Virus record (IMG/VR): IMGVR_UViG_3300025646_005002
Coordinates: 1 to 53,785 of that record
Reading direction: 5' to 3' (one strand)
Length of the DNA: 53,785 nt
From: a virus
Lineage: Duplodnaviria; Caudoviricetes
Position numbers and translations under genes: made by a program. Below the pieces are notes generated by a model. The model worked only from the letters and a program-made list of their open reading frames with translations. It did no database searches and was not told the origin of the DNA. Positions 36,802 to 45,940 of the stretch are shown here, piece after piece; the stretch's first letter is position 1; each line of letters starts with the position of its first letter.

Positions 36802-37683
36802 ATGAGTCAGGATCATTACAAAATACTTGGAGTATCAGAAAACGCATCGCAAGATGAAATCAAAAGAGCCTATAAAAAGTTAGCCAAGCAACACCATCCT
36901 GATATGAACGGTGGCGATGATACAGAATTTAAAAAAGTCAACGAAGCACACGATACTCTAAAAGATCAAAAGAAACGTCAGCAATATGATATGGAAAGAC
37001 AGTTTGGAGCTCAAGGAGGGCAAGGTCCTTTTAACTTTGGCCATGGTGGATTTGATGATATTATAGTTGATATGCCTGGTGGTGATTTTGGTTCTATGTT
37101 TGAACAGTTCTTTGGCGGGCCAGGAATGAGACAAACATTTAGGCAAAGAAGAGCTAAACCTTTGCGTAATCAAGATGTAAGAATTAGTTTAACAGTTTCT
37201 TTAGAAGATGTTTATTTTGGTAATACCAAAGAAGTAGTTATAAAGACACCAGATGGAAATAATCAAAATGTAAAAATTGATATACCCAAAGCCTGCGATA
37301 GTGGAACACAAATTAAATTTTCTGGTTTAGGATCAAAACAACATACTGATCTAAGACCAGGTGATTTATATGTTGTTTTGACTATTGCTGGTCATAAAAA
37401 TTTTACCAAACGTGGTAATGACCTGCTTACAAATTTAGATGTAGATATATTTGATGCATTACTAGGTACTAAAATAGAAGTAAAACATTTTAACAATACA
37501 CTAACAGTTACTATTCCACCATTAACACAATCTGATGATGTTATTAGAATTAAAGGCAAAGGAATGGTGTTAAATAATGGTACACATGGAGATTTGTATA
37601 TTAAGTTAAATTATAAAATGCCAAAAGAATTAACAGAAGAACAAAGAGAATTAATTAAAAAGATCAAAGGAGTCAACCAATGA
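36802..37683 (+). CDS. Class II J-domain protein (DnaJ/CbpA-like)
   Basis: J domain with HPD, G/F-rich region, C-terminal domain, no zinc finger. Confidence 0.92.
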   Translation: MSQDHYKILGVSENASQDEIKRAYKKLAKQHHPDMNGGDDTEFKKVNEAHDTLKDQKKRQQYDMERQFGAQGGQGPFNFGHGGFDDIIVDMPGGDFGSMFEQFFGGPGMRQTFRQRRAKPLRNQDVRISLTVSLEDVYFGNTKEVVIKTPDGNNQNVKIDIPKACDSGTQIKFSGLGSKQHTDLRPGDLYVVLTIAGHKNFTKRGNDLLTNLDVDIFDALLGTKIEVKHFNNTLTVTIPPLTQSDDVIRIKGKGMVLNNGTHGDLYIKLNYKMPKELTEEQRELIKKIKGVNQ

Positions 37684-38159
37684 AACTAGTATATGCACCA
37701 GCAGATATACTAAAGAAACCTACAATAAGTGTTGACGAAGACATGGATAATGTAGTAAAATTAGCAGAACAAATGCACACAATCATGTCACAACATAACG
37801 GTATTGGTCTTGCGGCTCCGCAGGTAGGTATTGATAAAAGTTTCTTTATTGTTGGTGATAAAACACGTTATAAACTAGCAGTTAATCCTAAAATCATTGA
37901 ATACAGTGAAGAAAAAGGTCTTATAACAGAAGGCTGTTTGAGTTTTCCTGGATTGTTCTTAAAAGTTTTACGTCCACTTAATTGTGTTGTAGAATATGTA
38001 AATAATAAAGGAGAAACAGTTAATGAAAAACTTGAAGGAATGATGAGCAGGGTTTTTCAACACGAAACTGATCATTTAAATGGTGTTACATTTGATACAT
38101 TGGTTTCTAAACTGAAACTTGATATGGCAATAAAAAAGAGAGATAAGAGGTTAAAATAA
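37680..38159 (+). CDS. def: Peptide deformylase
   Basis: GIGLAAPQVG, EGCLS, QHETDHLNG. Confidence 0.96.
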   Translation: MKLVYAPADILKKPTISVDEDMDNVVKLAEQMHTIMSQHNGIGLAAPQVGIDKSFFIVGDKTRYKLAVNPKIIEYSEEKGLITEGCLSFPGLFLKVLRPLNCVVEYVNNKGETVNEKLEGMMSRVFQHETDHLNGVTFDTLVSKLKLDMAIKKRDKRLK

Positions 38160-40388
38160 ATGGCTGAAGAATACGATCCAATAGAATCCGTACTAGATAA
38201 AGCAATGGAGTATGCTTCAGAACGCAATCACGAGTATGTGGTACTTGAGCATTTACTACTAGCACTATCTAATGAAAAAGAAATACAATCATTAATATCT
38301 GATGTAGATGGCGATATTGAACAAATTATGGCTGATTGTATGGAATATTTAGATAACAATTTAAAAGACATTGTTGTTGAATCAAGTGAGGCTCCAAGAA
38401 AAACATCAGCACTAGAAAGAGTTTTTAACAGAGCAGTTACACAGGTTATATTTTCAGGTAGAAAAAAATTAACAATCAAAGACATATTTGTTAGTTTATT
38501 AAGTGAAAAGAATAGTTATGCATTATACTTCTTAAAGAAAAATAACATTACAAGACAGTCAGTTATTGAGCAACTTACAAAAGAACGTTATGGCGAAGAT
38601 GTAGGTTTACAAGAAAGACAGCAAGGTGGAGAGCCAGGTGGCGGAATACGTTTTGAAGATTATTGTACTGATCTAAACAAAGAAGCTAAAGAAGGTAGAA
38701 TTGATACATTAATTGGTAGAGAACCAGAACTTGATGACATTGTGCATATTCTTGCAAGACGTAAAAAGAACAATTGTATTGTTGTAGGTGAACCAGGTGT
38801 TGGTAAAACAGCAATTGCAGAAGGTATTGCTAAAAAGATTGTAGACAAACAAGTTCCAGATGCAATCAAAGACAAAACGGTTTATTCATTAGATGTTGCT
38901 TCGCTAGTAGCAGGTACAAAATTTAGAGGTGATTTTGAAGAACGTGCAAAAATAGTTTTAGAAAAATTACAAAAACAAAAAGATGTTATATTGTTCATTG
39001 ACGAAGTGCATATGATTATGGGTGCAGGCAGTGCCGGCCAATCAAATATGGACTTTGGTACACTATTAAAACCAATACTTGCAAAAGGTAAACTATTGTG
39101 TATTGGTACAACAACAATTGAAGAATACAGAGAAAACTTTGAAAAAGATCGTGCATTAATGAGACGTTTCCAAAGATTAGATTTAGGTGAGCCAAGCAAA
39201 ACAGATGCTAAACTGATCTTAAATGGTATTCTTACATACTATGAAAAATTCCACCAAACCAAATATGATGAGGGGTGTGTTGATCTAGCAGTTGATCTAG
39301 CAGATAGATTTATACACAACAAGTTTTTACCTGACAAAGCAATTGATGTTATTGATGCCGCAGGTGCGAAAGCAAAATTGGCACAAGCACCGTCAGTTAC
39401 TAAACATATGATTCAACAACAGGTAAGTAAAATTTCAAATGTACCTATGGATGTTATTGATGAAAAACAAACTGACAACTATGCTGGTCTAGAAGGCAAA
39501 GTAAAAACCAAAGTGTACGGTCAAAACGAAGCAATTGAAAAACTAGTTGATTCTATTATGATTGCAAAAGCAGGACTAAGACCAGATAATAAACCAATTG
39601 GTTCTTATTTGTTTGTAGGTCCAACAGGTGTTGGTAAAACAGAAGTTTGTAGACAACTAGCAGAAGCATTAGGTATTAAATTATTAAAATATGACATGTC
39701 AGAATATCAAGAAAGACATTCAGTATCAAAATTAATTGGTGCGCCTCCTGGTTATGTAGGTTACGCAGAAGGATCAATTGGATCAGGACAACTAATCAAC
39801 GATGTAGAAGACAATCCAAACTGTGTGCTACTACTTGATGAAGTTGAAAAGGCCGCACCAGAAGTATTACAAGTATTGCTACAAGTAATGGATGATGGTA
39901 AACTAACATCATCAACAGGTAAAACTGTGATGTTTAACAAGGTTATTTTGTGTTTAACTTCTAACTTAGGTGCACAGGCAAGTGAAAAACCCCCGATGGG
40001 TATTGGGGTTCCTGACTCAGTAAACAAAACGGATGATTTTGTAAAAGACTTCTTTGCACCTGAGTTTAGAAATAGACTTGATGCAACAATACAGTTTAAT
40101 AAACTATCAAAAGACAATATTTTAAAAATTGTTCATAAAGTTAAAGATGAAACAAACGAAATGCTCAAAAACAAAAATGTTATTGTGGTGCTTGATGATA
40201 CCGCGGCGAGTTGGATTGCAGACAAAGGATTTGATCCGGCAATGGGTGCAAGACCAATGCAGAGAATATTTGATCAAAATATTAAACGCCCACTGTCAAA
40301 AGAAATTTTATTTGGTAAACTGATTAATGGCGGAACAGTGATTATTAAAGCAGTAAATGATAAACTTGAAATAGAATATAAACAGTAA
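38160..40388 (+). CDS. clpA: ATP-dependent Clp protease ATPase ClpA
   Basis: Clp N domain, two AAA+ modules (GEPGVGKT, GPTGVGKT), GAPPGYVG, MGI ClpP-docking-like loop, no ClpB middle domain. Confidence 0.93.
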   Translation: MAEEYDPIESVLDKAMEYASERNHEYVVLEHLLLALSNEKEIQSLISDVDGDIEQIMADCMEYLDNNLKDIVVESSEAPRKTSALERVFNRAVTQVIFSGRKKLTIKDIFVSLLSEKNSYALYFLKKNNITRQSVIEQLTKERYGEDVGLQERQQGGEPGGGIRFEDYCTDLNKEAKEGRIDTLIGREPELDDIVHILARRKKNNCIVVGEPGVGKTAIAEGIAKKIVDKQVPDAIKDKTVYSLDVASLVAGTKFRGDFEERAKIVLEKLQKQKDVILFIDEVHMIMGAGSAGQSNMDFGTLLKPILAKGKLLCIGTTTIEEYRENFEKDRALMRRFQRLDLGEPSKTDAKLILNGILTYYEKFHQTKYDEGCVDLAVDLADRFIHNKFLPDKAIDVIDAAGAKAKLAQAPSVTKHMIQQQVSKISNVPMDVIDEKQTDNYAGLEGKVKTKVYGQNEAIEKLVDSIMIAKAGLRPDNKPIGSYLFVGPTGVGKTEVCRQLAEALGIKLLKYDMSEYQERHSVSKLIGAPPGYVGYAEGSIGSGQLINDVEDNPNCVLLLDEVEKAAPEVLQVLLQVMDDGKLTSSTGKTVMFNKVILCLTSNLGAQASEKPPMGIGVPDSVNKTDDFVKDFFAPEFRNRLDATIQFNKLSKDNILKIVHKVKDETNEMLKNKNVIVVLDDTAASWIADKGFDPAMGARPMQRIFDQNIKRPLSKEILFGKLINGGTVIIKAVNDKLEIEYKQ

Positions 40389-40999
40389 TGCAATTTGAAA
40401 CAACAACAAGATTATTTTATGGTAAGTTTCCTTACAAAGCAGTAATGACACATGAGTCATTTGATGTAGATGAATATTATAAAAATATGAAGTCAATGCT
40501 TGAATTGTTGAGAACATTGCCAAAAAGTCAATATCAAATGCGTCATGATAAAACAATACAATTATTTTTTAAAAAGAGAAAAGACTTAGAAAATATAGTT
40601 AATAAATTTGGTAAATGGGTAAAGCAAATATTTGAACCATTAAACAAAAAGCATTATGAATACCTAATGCAGAACAAAGATATTATAACAAGAAATAGAT
40701 TGTTTTGGAATAGATATCCTTATAAAATTACATTTGGATGTCATACAGACATAGACAAAGCAGTTACTTGGTTTGAAAACTTTTTTACAGATAAAGATCC
40801 ACAGAGATTTAGATTTGGATCATCTCTACATCAATTGATCAAAGAAAAAGAAAGGTGGAGATCATATTGGTGTAATCCTGTGTTATACTTAACAGACCAT
40901 GATGATGTAATGTTATGTAAACTTGCTCTAAGCGGGCATATTGTTAAAATTGAATCAGCAGTTACGTTTGATCAATTTAGAAAGGCAAACAATGGGTAA
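40388..40999 (+). CDS. Hypothetical protein with internal duplication
   Basis: RLFYGKFPYK and RLFWNRYPYK repeat. Confidence 0.7.
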   Translation: MQFETTTRLFYGKFPYKAVMTHESFDVDEYYKNMKSMLELLRTLPKSQYQMRHDKTIQLFFKKRKDLENIVNKFGKWVKQIFEPLNKKHYEYLMQNKDIITRNRLFWNRYPYKITFGCHTDIDKAVTWFENFFTDKDPQRFRFGSSLHQLIKEKERWRSYWCNPVLYLTDHDDVMLCKLALSGHIVKIESAVTFDQFRKANNG

Positions 41000-41144
41000 C
41001 TTTGTTATTTGGCACCTACTGGCTATTTGTACTGTGATAGCAGTGTCATTTTTAATTGGATACAGTACAGCAAAACAACAAGAAAAAAGAAAGCGAGAAA
41101 TATGGATCAAGCAATTGGAAAAGAACTGGTCAAAAGAAAAATAA
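40992..41144 (+). CDS. Small single-TM protein
   Basis: MGNFVIWHLLAICTVIAVSFLIGY. Confidence 0.5.
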   Translation: MGNFVIWHLLAICTVIAVSFLIGYSTAKQQEKRKREIWIKQLEKNWSKEK

Positions 41145-41413
41145 TTAAAGAAGATACCGAGCTTAAAGCATGGTATTCAGCAGTGGCATTTGGTGGAGTA
41201 GGAACAGTTGATAATATTGGAGACTTCACTATTAATAGTGTTGATACAAATAATAAAGGAGTTCCATTCTTTCATGCAAGATCAAATGTTGATGGTAAAT
41301 GGGAAGATATTACATTTGATAAAATAGTATTAGTTGACGGTATGGAACCTAATAAACTTGCTGAAGCATATGGTATTAAAAACAAAACAAAAAAGGTTAA
41401 AAAGAAAAAATAG
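41102..41413 (+). CDS. Hypothetical protein
   Basis: Likely start MDQAIG; VDGMEP motif. Confidence 0.65.
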   Translation: MDQAIGKELVKRKIIKEDTELKAWYSAVAFGGVGTVDNIGDFTINSVDTNNKGVPFFHARSNVDGKWEDITFDKIVLVDGMEPNKLAEAYGIKNKTKKVKKKK

Positions 41414-41416
41414 TTT

Positions 41417-42445
41417 ATGAAAAATAGAATAGCAGTTATAGGTAATGGTAAAATAGGTAAAGTAATTGCCAGTCTGTTAAGATCAGAATATTATAATGTT
41501 GTAATAGGTGATGCAGTACAAGAAAATGGAGTAGTATCACTAGATGCTACAAATGAAACACAACTAGAACATTTTTTAAAAGACAAGCATGTTGTTTGTT
41601 CAGCGGCTCCTTATTATCTAAATAAAAAAATTGCAAATGTAGCCGCACGTAATGGTGTAGCCTATTTTGATTTAACAGAAGATGTTGAAGTAACTGACTA
41701 TATTAAAAATTTAAACACAAAAACTTTTATGATGCCACAGTGTGGATTGGCACCTGGAGCAGTAAACATTATTGGTAGTAATTTAATTAAAGAGTTTGAC
41801 GAAGCATATGATGTTCAAATGAGAGTAGGTGCATTGCCAAGGTACCCGTCTAATGAAATGAGTTACTATTTAACTTGGTCAACAAACGGATTAATAAATG
41901 AATACTGTAATTTATGTGATGTAATTGTTGATGGAGAAAAGTTAAAGATACCACCATTAGATGGAGTTGAAACAATATACATTGATGGTAGAAGATATGA
42001 AGCATTTAATACATCAGGTGGTGTAGCAACAATGTGTGAAACATTTAAAGATAAAGTAAGGTCTTTGAGTTATAAAACAATTAGATATCCAGGGCATAGA
42101 GATAAAATAAATTTTTTATTTCAAGATCTAAACTTAAAAAATAACAAAGATAAAATAGGAGACTTGTTTGATCAAACAGTTCCATATACTACAGAAGATG
42201 TAGTAGTAATGTTAATCAAAGTTATTGGTAAGAAAAATGGAAAACTATTAGAAAAATCTTATCAAAAAAATATCTTTGGAAAAGATGGAATGAGTGCAAT
42301 TCAGAGGTCGACAGCATCTGGAGTTTGTGCTAATATAGTATCATACTGTAGAGATGAACTTACAGGTGAAGGTTTTGTCAAACAAGAAGATGTTGATTGG
42401 CAAACTTTTATTAGCAACAAATTTGGCCAGGTGTATGTTGAATGA
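41417..42445 (+). CDS. Saccharopine dehydrogenase-like NAD(P) oxidoreductase
   Basis: IGNGKIG, YFDLTED, CGLAPG, TWSTNGLINEY, EAFNTSGG, YKTIRYPGH. Confidence 0.85.
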   Translation: MKNRIAVIGNGKIGKVIASLLRSEYYNVVIGDAVQENGVVSLDATNETQLEHFLKDKHVVCSAAPYYLNKKIANVAARNGVAYFDLTEDVEVTDYIKNLNTKTFMMPQCGLAPGAVNIIGSNLIKEFDEAYDVQMRVGALPRYPSNEMSYYLTWSTNGLINEYCNLCDVIVDGEKLKIPPLDGVETIYIDGRRYEAFNTSGGVATMCETFKDKVRSLSYKTIRYPGHRDKINFLFQDLNLKNNKDKIGDLFDQTVPYTTEDVVVMLIKVIGKKNGKLLEKSYQKNIFGKDGMSAIQRSTASGVCANIVSYCRDELTGEGFVKQEDVDWQTFISNKFGQVYVE

Positions 42446-45156
42446 GTTACGTAGACGCATATTTAAATAGAGATAGAGATCAAATAAACATTGTAGAACG
42501 TGTAGATGGTAAACGTGTCTACAAAACATTTCCAACTACATATAGATTTTATTATGAAGATAAAGATGGTGATTATACATCTATCTATGATAGACCTTTA
42601 AGTAAATTTGAAACTACTAACAGTAAATCTTTTCAAAAAGAAAAGAAACTGTATGAAGGGCAAAGACTATACGAAGCAGATCTTAATCCTGTGTTTAGAT
42701 GTTTAGAAGAAAACTATCTTGACAAAGAAGCCCCAGATTTACATATAGCACTGTTTGATATTGAAGTAGATTTTGATAAAAATCGCGGGTTTGCAAAGCC
42801 AGATGATCCACATCAACGTATTACTGCAATAACACTACATCTAAGTTGGCTTGACAGTTTGATTACACTGTGTCTTGCTCCAAAGGACATGCCATTTGAA
42901 ATGGCAGATTCAATTGCTAAAAAATTTGATAACACAGTATTGTGTGAAACAGAAGCACAACTGTTGAACACGTTTTTGCATTTGATTGAAGATGCTGACA
43001 TATTGAGTGGTTGGAACTCAGAAGGTTTTGATATTCCATATATTGTAAACAGAACTGAAATGGTGCTGAGCAAAGATGATGTTAGACGTTTTAGTTTGTG
43101 GGATCTATACCCACGTGAAAGAATGTTTACAAAGTTTGGTAACGAACAGCAAACATATGATTTTTTTGGTCGTGTGCATTTGGACTATTTAGAACTGTAT
43201 AGAAAATACACATATCATGAAATGCACTCATACAGACTTGATGCAATTGGTGAATATGAAATTGGTGAGAAAAAGATTCCGTATGAAGGCACACTTGACC
43301 AATTGTATAATGAAGATTTTGAGAAGTTTATTGCTTATAACAGACAAGACGTAGCACTGTTGGCAAAACTTGATGATAAACTAAAATTTATTGATCTAGC
43401 AAATGTGTTGGCACATGCAAACACTGTGCTACTACAAACCACAATGGGTGCAGTTGCAGTTACAGAGCAGGCAATTGTAAATGAAGCACACAAACGTGGA
43501 TTTATTATTCCAAATAGACCATATAGAGAACCACACTCATCAGGTGCGGCGGTTGGTGCTTATGTGGCAACGCCTAAAAAAGGATTGCATGATTGGATTG
43601 CATCAATTGACATTAACTCACTGTATCCTAGTGTAATCAGATGTTTGAACATGGGTCCTGAAACTATCGTTGGACAATTAAGACCAACACACACAGAAAA
43701 ATACATCAACAATAAAATTCACAAAGAAAAGAAATCAGCCGCAGATGCTTGGGAAGGAATGTTTGGTACTGTTGAATACACAGCAGTGATGGAACAGGAT
43801 CGTGGCACAGAAATTATTGTAGACTTTGAAGATGGCACTACAGAATCTATGAGTGGTGCAGAAGCATACGCAGTTATATTTCAACAAAATCAAGGTTGGT
43901 GTTTGAGTGCTAATGGTACTATATTTGATACAACTACAAAAGCAGTTATTCCTGGATTGCTAGAACGTTGGTTTGCTGAAAGAAAAGTACTGCAAGACAA
44001 AATGCGTGAAGCAATTGCAAGTGGAGACAAAGCACAGGTAGAGTTTTGGGATAAACGACAACTTGTTAAAAAGATTAATTTGAATAGTTTGTATGGTGCT
44101 ATCCTAAATCCTGGTTGTAGATTTTTTGATCAACGCATAGGACAAAGTGTTACACTAACAGGTAGAACAATTACCAAGCATATGGCATCAATAACAAATC
44201 AAATAATGACAGGTGAATATGATCATCAAGGTGAAGCAATTATATATGGTGACACTGACTCTGTTTATTTCTCAGCATATCCAATGGTCAAAGAAGATGT
44301 TAAAAGTGGAGCATTACCTTGGACTAAAGAAAGTGTAGTTGAGTTGTATGACAGTGTAGCAGAAGAAGTAAACAAGTCGTTTCCAAGTTTCATGCAGAAA
44401 GCAACCAATGTGCCACGTGCAAATGGTGAGATCATTAAAGGTGGCAGAGAAATGGTTGCATCCAAAGGATTGTTTATCACAAAGAAAAGATATGCGGCAT
44501 TGATATATGATCTAGAAGGCAATAGACAAGACATTGACAAGCCTGGTAAACTAAAAGCAATGGGTCTTGATTTAAAAAGATCAGATACTCCTGATTTTGT
44601 GCAAGACTTTTTATCAGAAATACTAATACAAATTTTAACAGGTGTGGACAAAAAAGAAATACTTGGAGCAATACAAGAATTCAAACGTAAATTTGCAGAC
44701 AGACCAGGTTGGGAAAAAGGCACTCCAAAACGTGTGAACAACTTGACCAAATATGTGCAGGATATTGAAAAATACAAGCGAGCAACATCACGTATGGCCA
44801 ATGGTGGTGCTAATGGCAAGATCAAAAAGCCAGTGATGCCTGGACACGTAAGAGCAAGTATCAATTGGAACACAATGCGTGATGCTTATAAGGATTTGTA
44901 TTCACTGCCTATTATGGATGGACAAAAAGTTATTGTGTGTAAACTAAAAGCAAATCCAATGAACTTTACATCTATTGCATATCCAATTGATGAATTGAAT
45001 ATTCCAAAATGGTTTAAACAATTACCATTTGATCATGATGGTATGGAACAAACAATTATTGATCAAAAGGTCAGTAACCTAATGAGTGAACTTGGTTGGG
45101 ATCTAGAATCAACAAAAACATCAACAGTATTTGAAAGTTTATTTGAAACAACATGA
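42442..45156 (+). CDS. Family B DNA polymerase
   Basis: Exo DIEVD, GWNSEGFDIPY, YNRQD; Pol DINSLYPS, KINLNSLYG, YGDTDS, KKRY. Confidence 0.97.
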   Translation: MSYVDAYLNRDRDQINIVERVDGKRVYKTFPTTYRFYYEDKDGDYTSIYDRPLSKFETTNSKSFQKEKKLYEGQRLYEADLNPVFRCLEENYLDKEAPDLHIALFDIEVDFDKNRGFAKPDDPHQRITAITLHLSWLDSLITLCLAPKDMPFEMADSIAKKFDNTVLCETEAQLLNTFLHLIEDADILSGWNSEGFDIPYIVNRTEMVLSKDDVRRFSLWDLYPRERMFTKFGNEQQTYDFFGRVHLDYLELYRKYTYHEMHSYRLDAIGEYEIGEKKIPYEGTLDQLYNEDFEKFIAYNRQDVALLAKLDDKLKFIDLANVLAHANTVLLQTTMGAVAVTEQAIVNEAHKRGFIIPNRPYREPHSSGAAVGAYVATPKKGLHDWIASIDINSLYPSVIRCLNMGPETIVGQLRPTHTEKYINNKIHKEKKSAADAWEGMFGTVEYTAVMEQDRGTEIIVDFEDGTTESMSGAEAYAVIFQQNQGWCLSANGTIFDTTTKAVIPGLLERWFAERKVLQDKMREAIASGDKAQVEFWDKRQLVKKINLNSLYGAILNPGCRFFDQRIGQSVTLTGRTITKHMASITNQIMTGEYDHQGEAIIYGDTDSVYFSAYPMVKEDVKSGALPWTKESVVELYDSVAEEVNKSFPSFMQKATNVPRANGEIIKGGREMVASKGLFITKKRYAALIYDLEGNRQDIDKPGKLKAMGLDLKRSDTPDFVQDFLSEILIQILTGVDKKEILGAIQEFKRKFADRPGWEKGTPKRVNNLTKYVQDIEKYKRATSRMANGGANGKIKKPVMPGHVRASINWNTMRDAYKDLYSLPIMDGQKVIVCKLKANPMNFTSIAYPIDELNIPKWFKQLPFDHDGMEQTIIDQKVSNLMSELGWDLESTKTSTVFESLFETT

Positions 45157-45920
45157 AAATAGTAGTAACAGGCAGTACAGGATTTATTGGAAGTCATCTA
45201 GTAAGAAGATTAATACCACGACATGAAGTAATTGAATGGGATAGAGCTCATGGCAAAGATATTGCAGACTTTTCTTCTAGCACAATTCCAAATGATGTAG
45301 ACTTTGTGGTACATTTGGCCGCAATAGCAGATGTAAGACGCAGTCTAAAAGAACCAGAACTGTATTGGCAAACCAATGTTGAATACAGTAAACGTATATT
45401 TGATCTATGCCATGCTAAAAATATTCCTGTGGTATATGCATCAAGTTCTTGTGTACATGCATGGTGGAAATCACCTTATGGTACAAGCAAAAAAGCCATG
45501 GAGGCATTAGCACACCCTGGCCAGGTTGGACTGAGATTTACAACTGTATTTGGTGACGGTGCTAGAGATACAATGTTAATGTCAAGAATAAAAAATGGCA
45601 CAGTTAAATTTGCTACAGAACATGTGAGAGATTTAATCTATATTGAAGATGTTATATCAGCAATTATGATATTCATAGAAACAGGAACCAAAGATAAAAA
45701 TCCTACCTATGAAGTAGGAACTGGCCAAGGCTATAAGGTTAGTGATATAGTAAAACACGCAGGATACAATGTTCCTACACAAGAAGGTCAAGATGCTGAA
45801 GCAGATGATAACACAGCAGACAACAAAGAATTAAAAAAATTAGGTTGGAAGCCAACACTAAAACCAACTGAATGGATAGACATACAACTAGCAGTAGATT
45901 ATACAAATTCTACTCTATAA
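45153..45920 (+). CDS. NAD-dependent epimerase/dehydratase (extended SDR)
   Basis: VTGSTGFIGS, HLAA, YASSS, YGTSK, RDLIY. Confidence 0.9.
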   Translation: MKIVVTGSTGFIGSHLVRRLIPRHEVIEWDRAHGKDIADFSSSTIPNDVDFVVHLAAIADVRRSLKEPELYWQTNVEYSKRIFDLCHAKNIPVVYASSSCVHAWWKSPYGTSKKAMEALAHPGQVGLRFTTVFGDGARDTMLMSRIKNGTVKFATEHVRDLIYIEDVISAIMIFIETGTKDKNPTYEVGTGQGYKVSDIVKHAGYNVPTQEGQDAEADDNTADNKELKKLGWKPTLKPTEWIDIQLAVDYTNSTL

Positions 45921-45923
45921 ATA
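45916..45923 (+). promoter_or_regulatory. T4-late-like promoter
   Basis: TATAAATA upstream of the ORF at 45941. Confidence 0.6.
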
Positions 45924-45940
45924 CATAAAAGGAATCAATA

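Noticed and set aside
42442-45156. Intein or intron in the DNA polymerase
   Set aside because: The 904-aa ORF is continuous with all motifs in order; the insert after SLYPS has no intein terminal residues or LAGLIDADG motifs.
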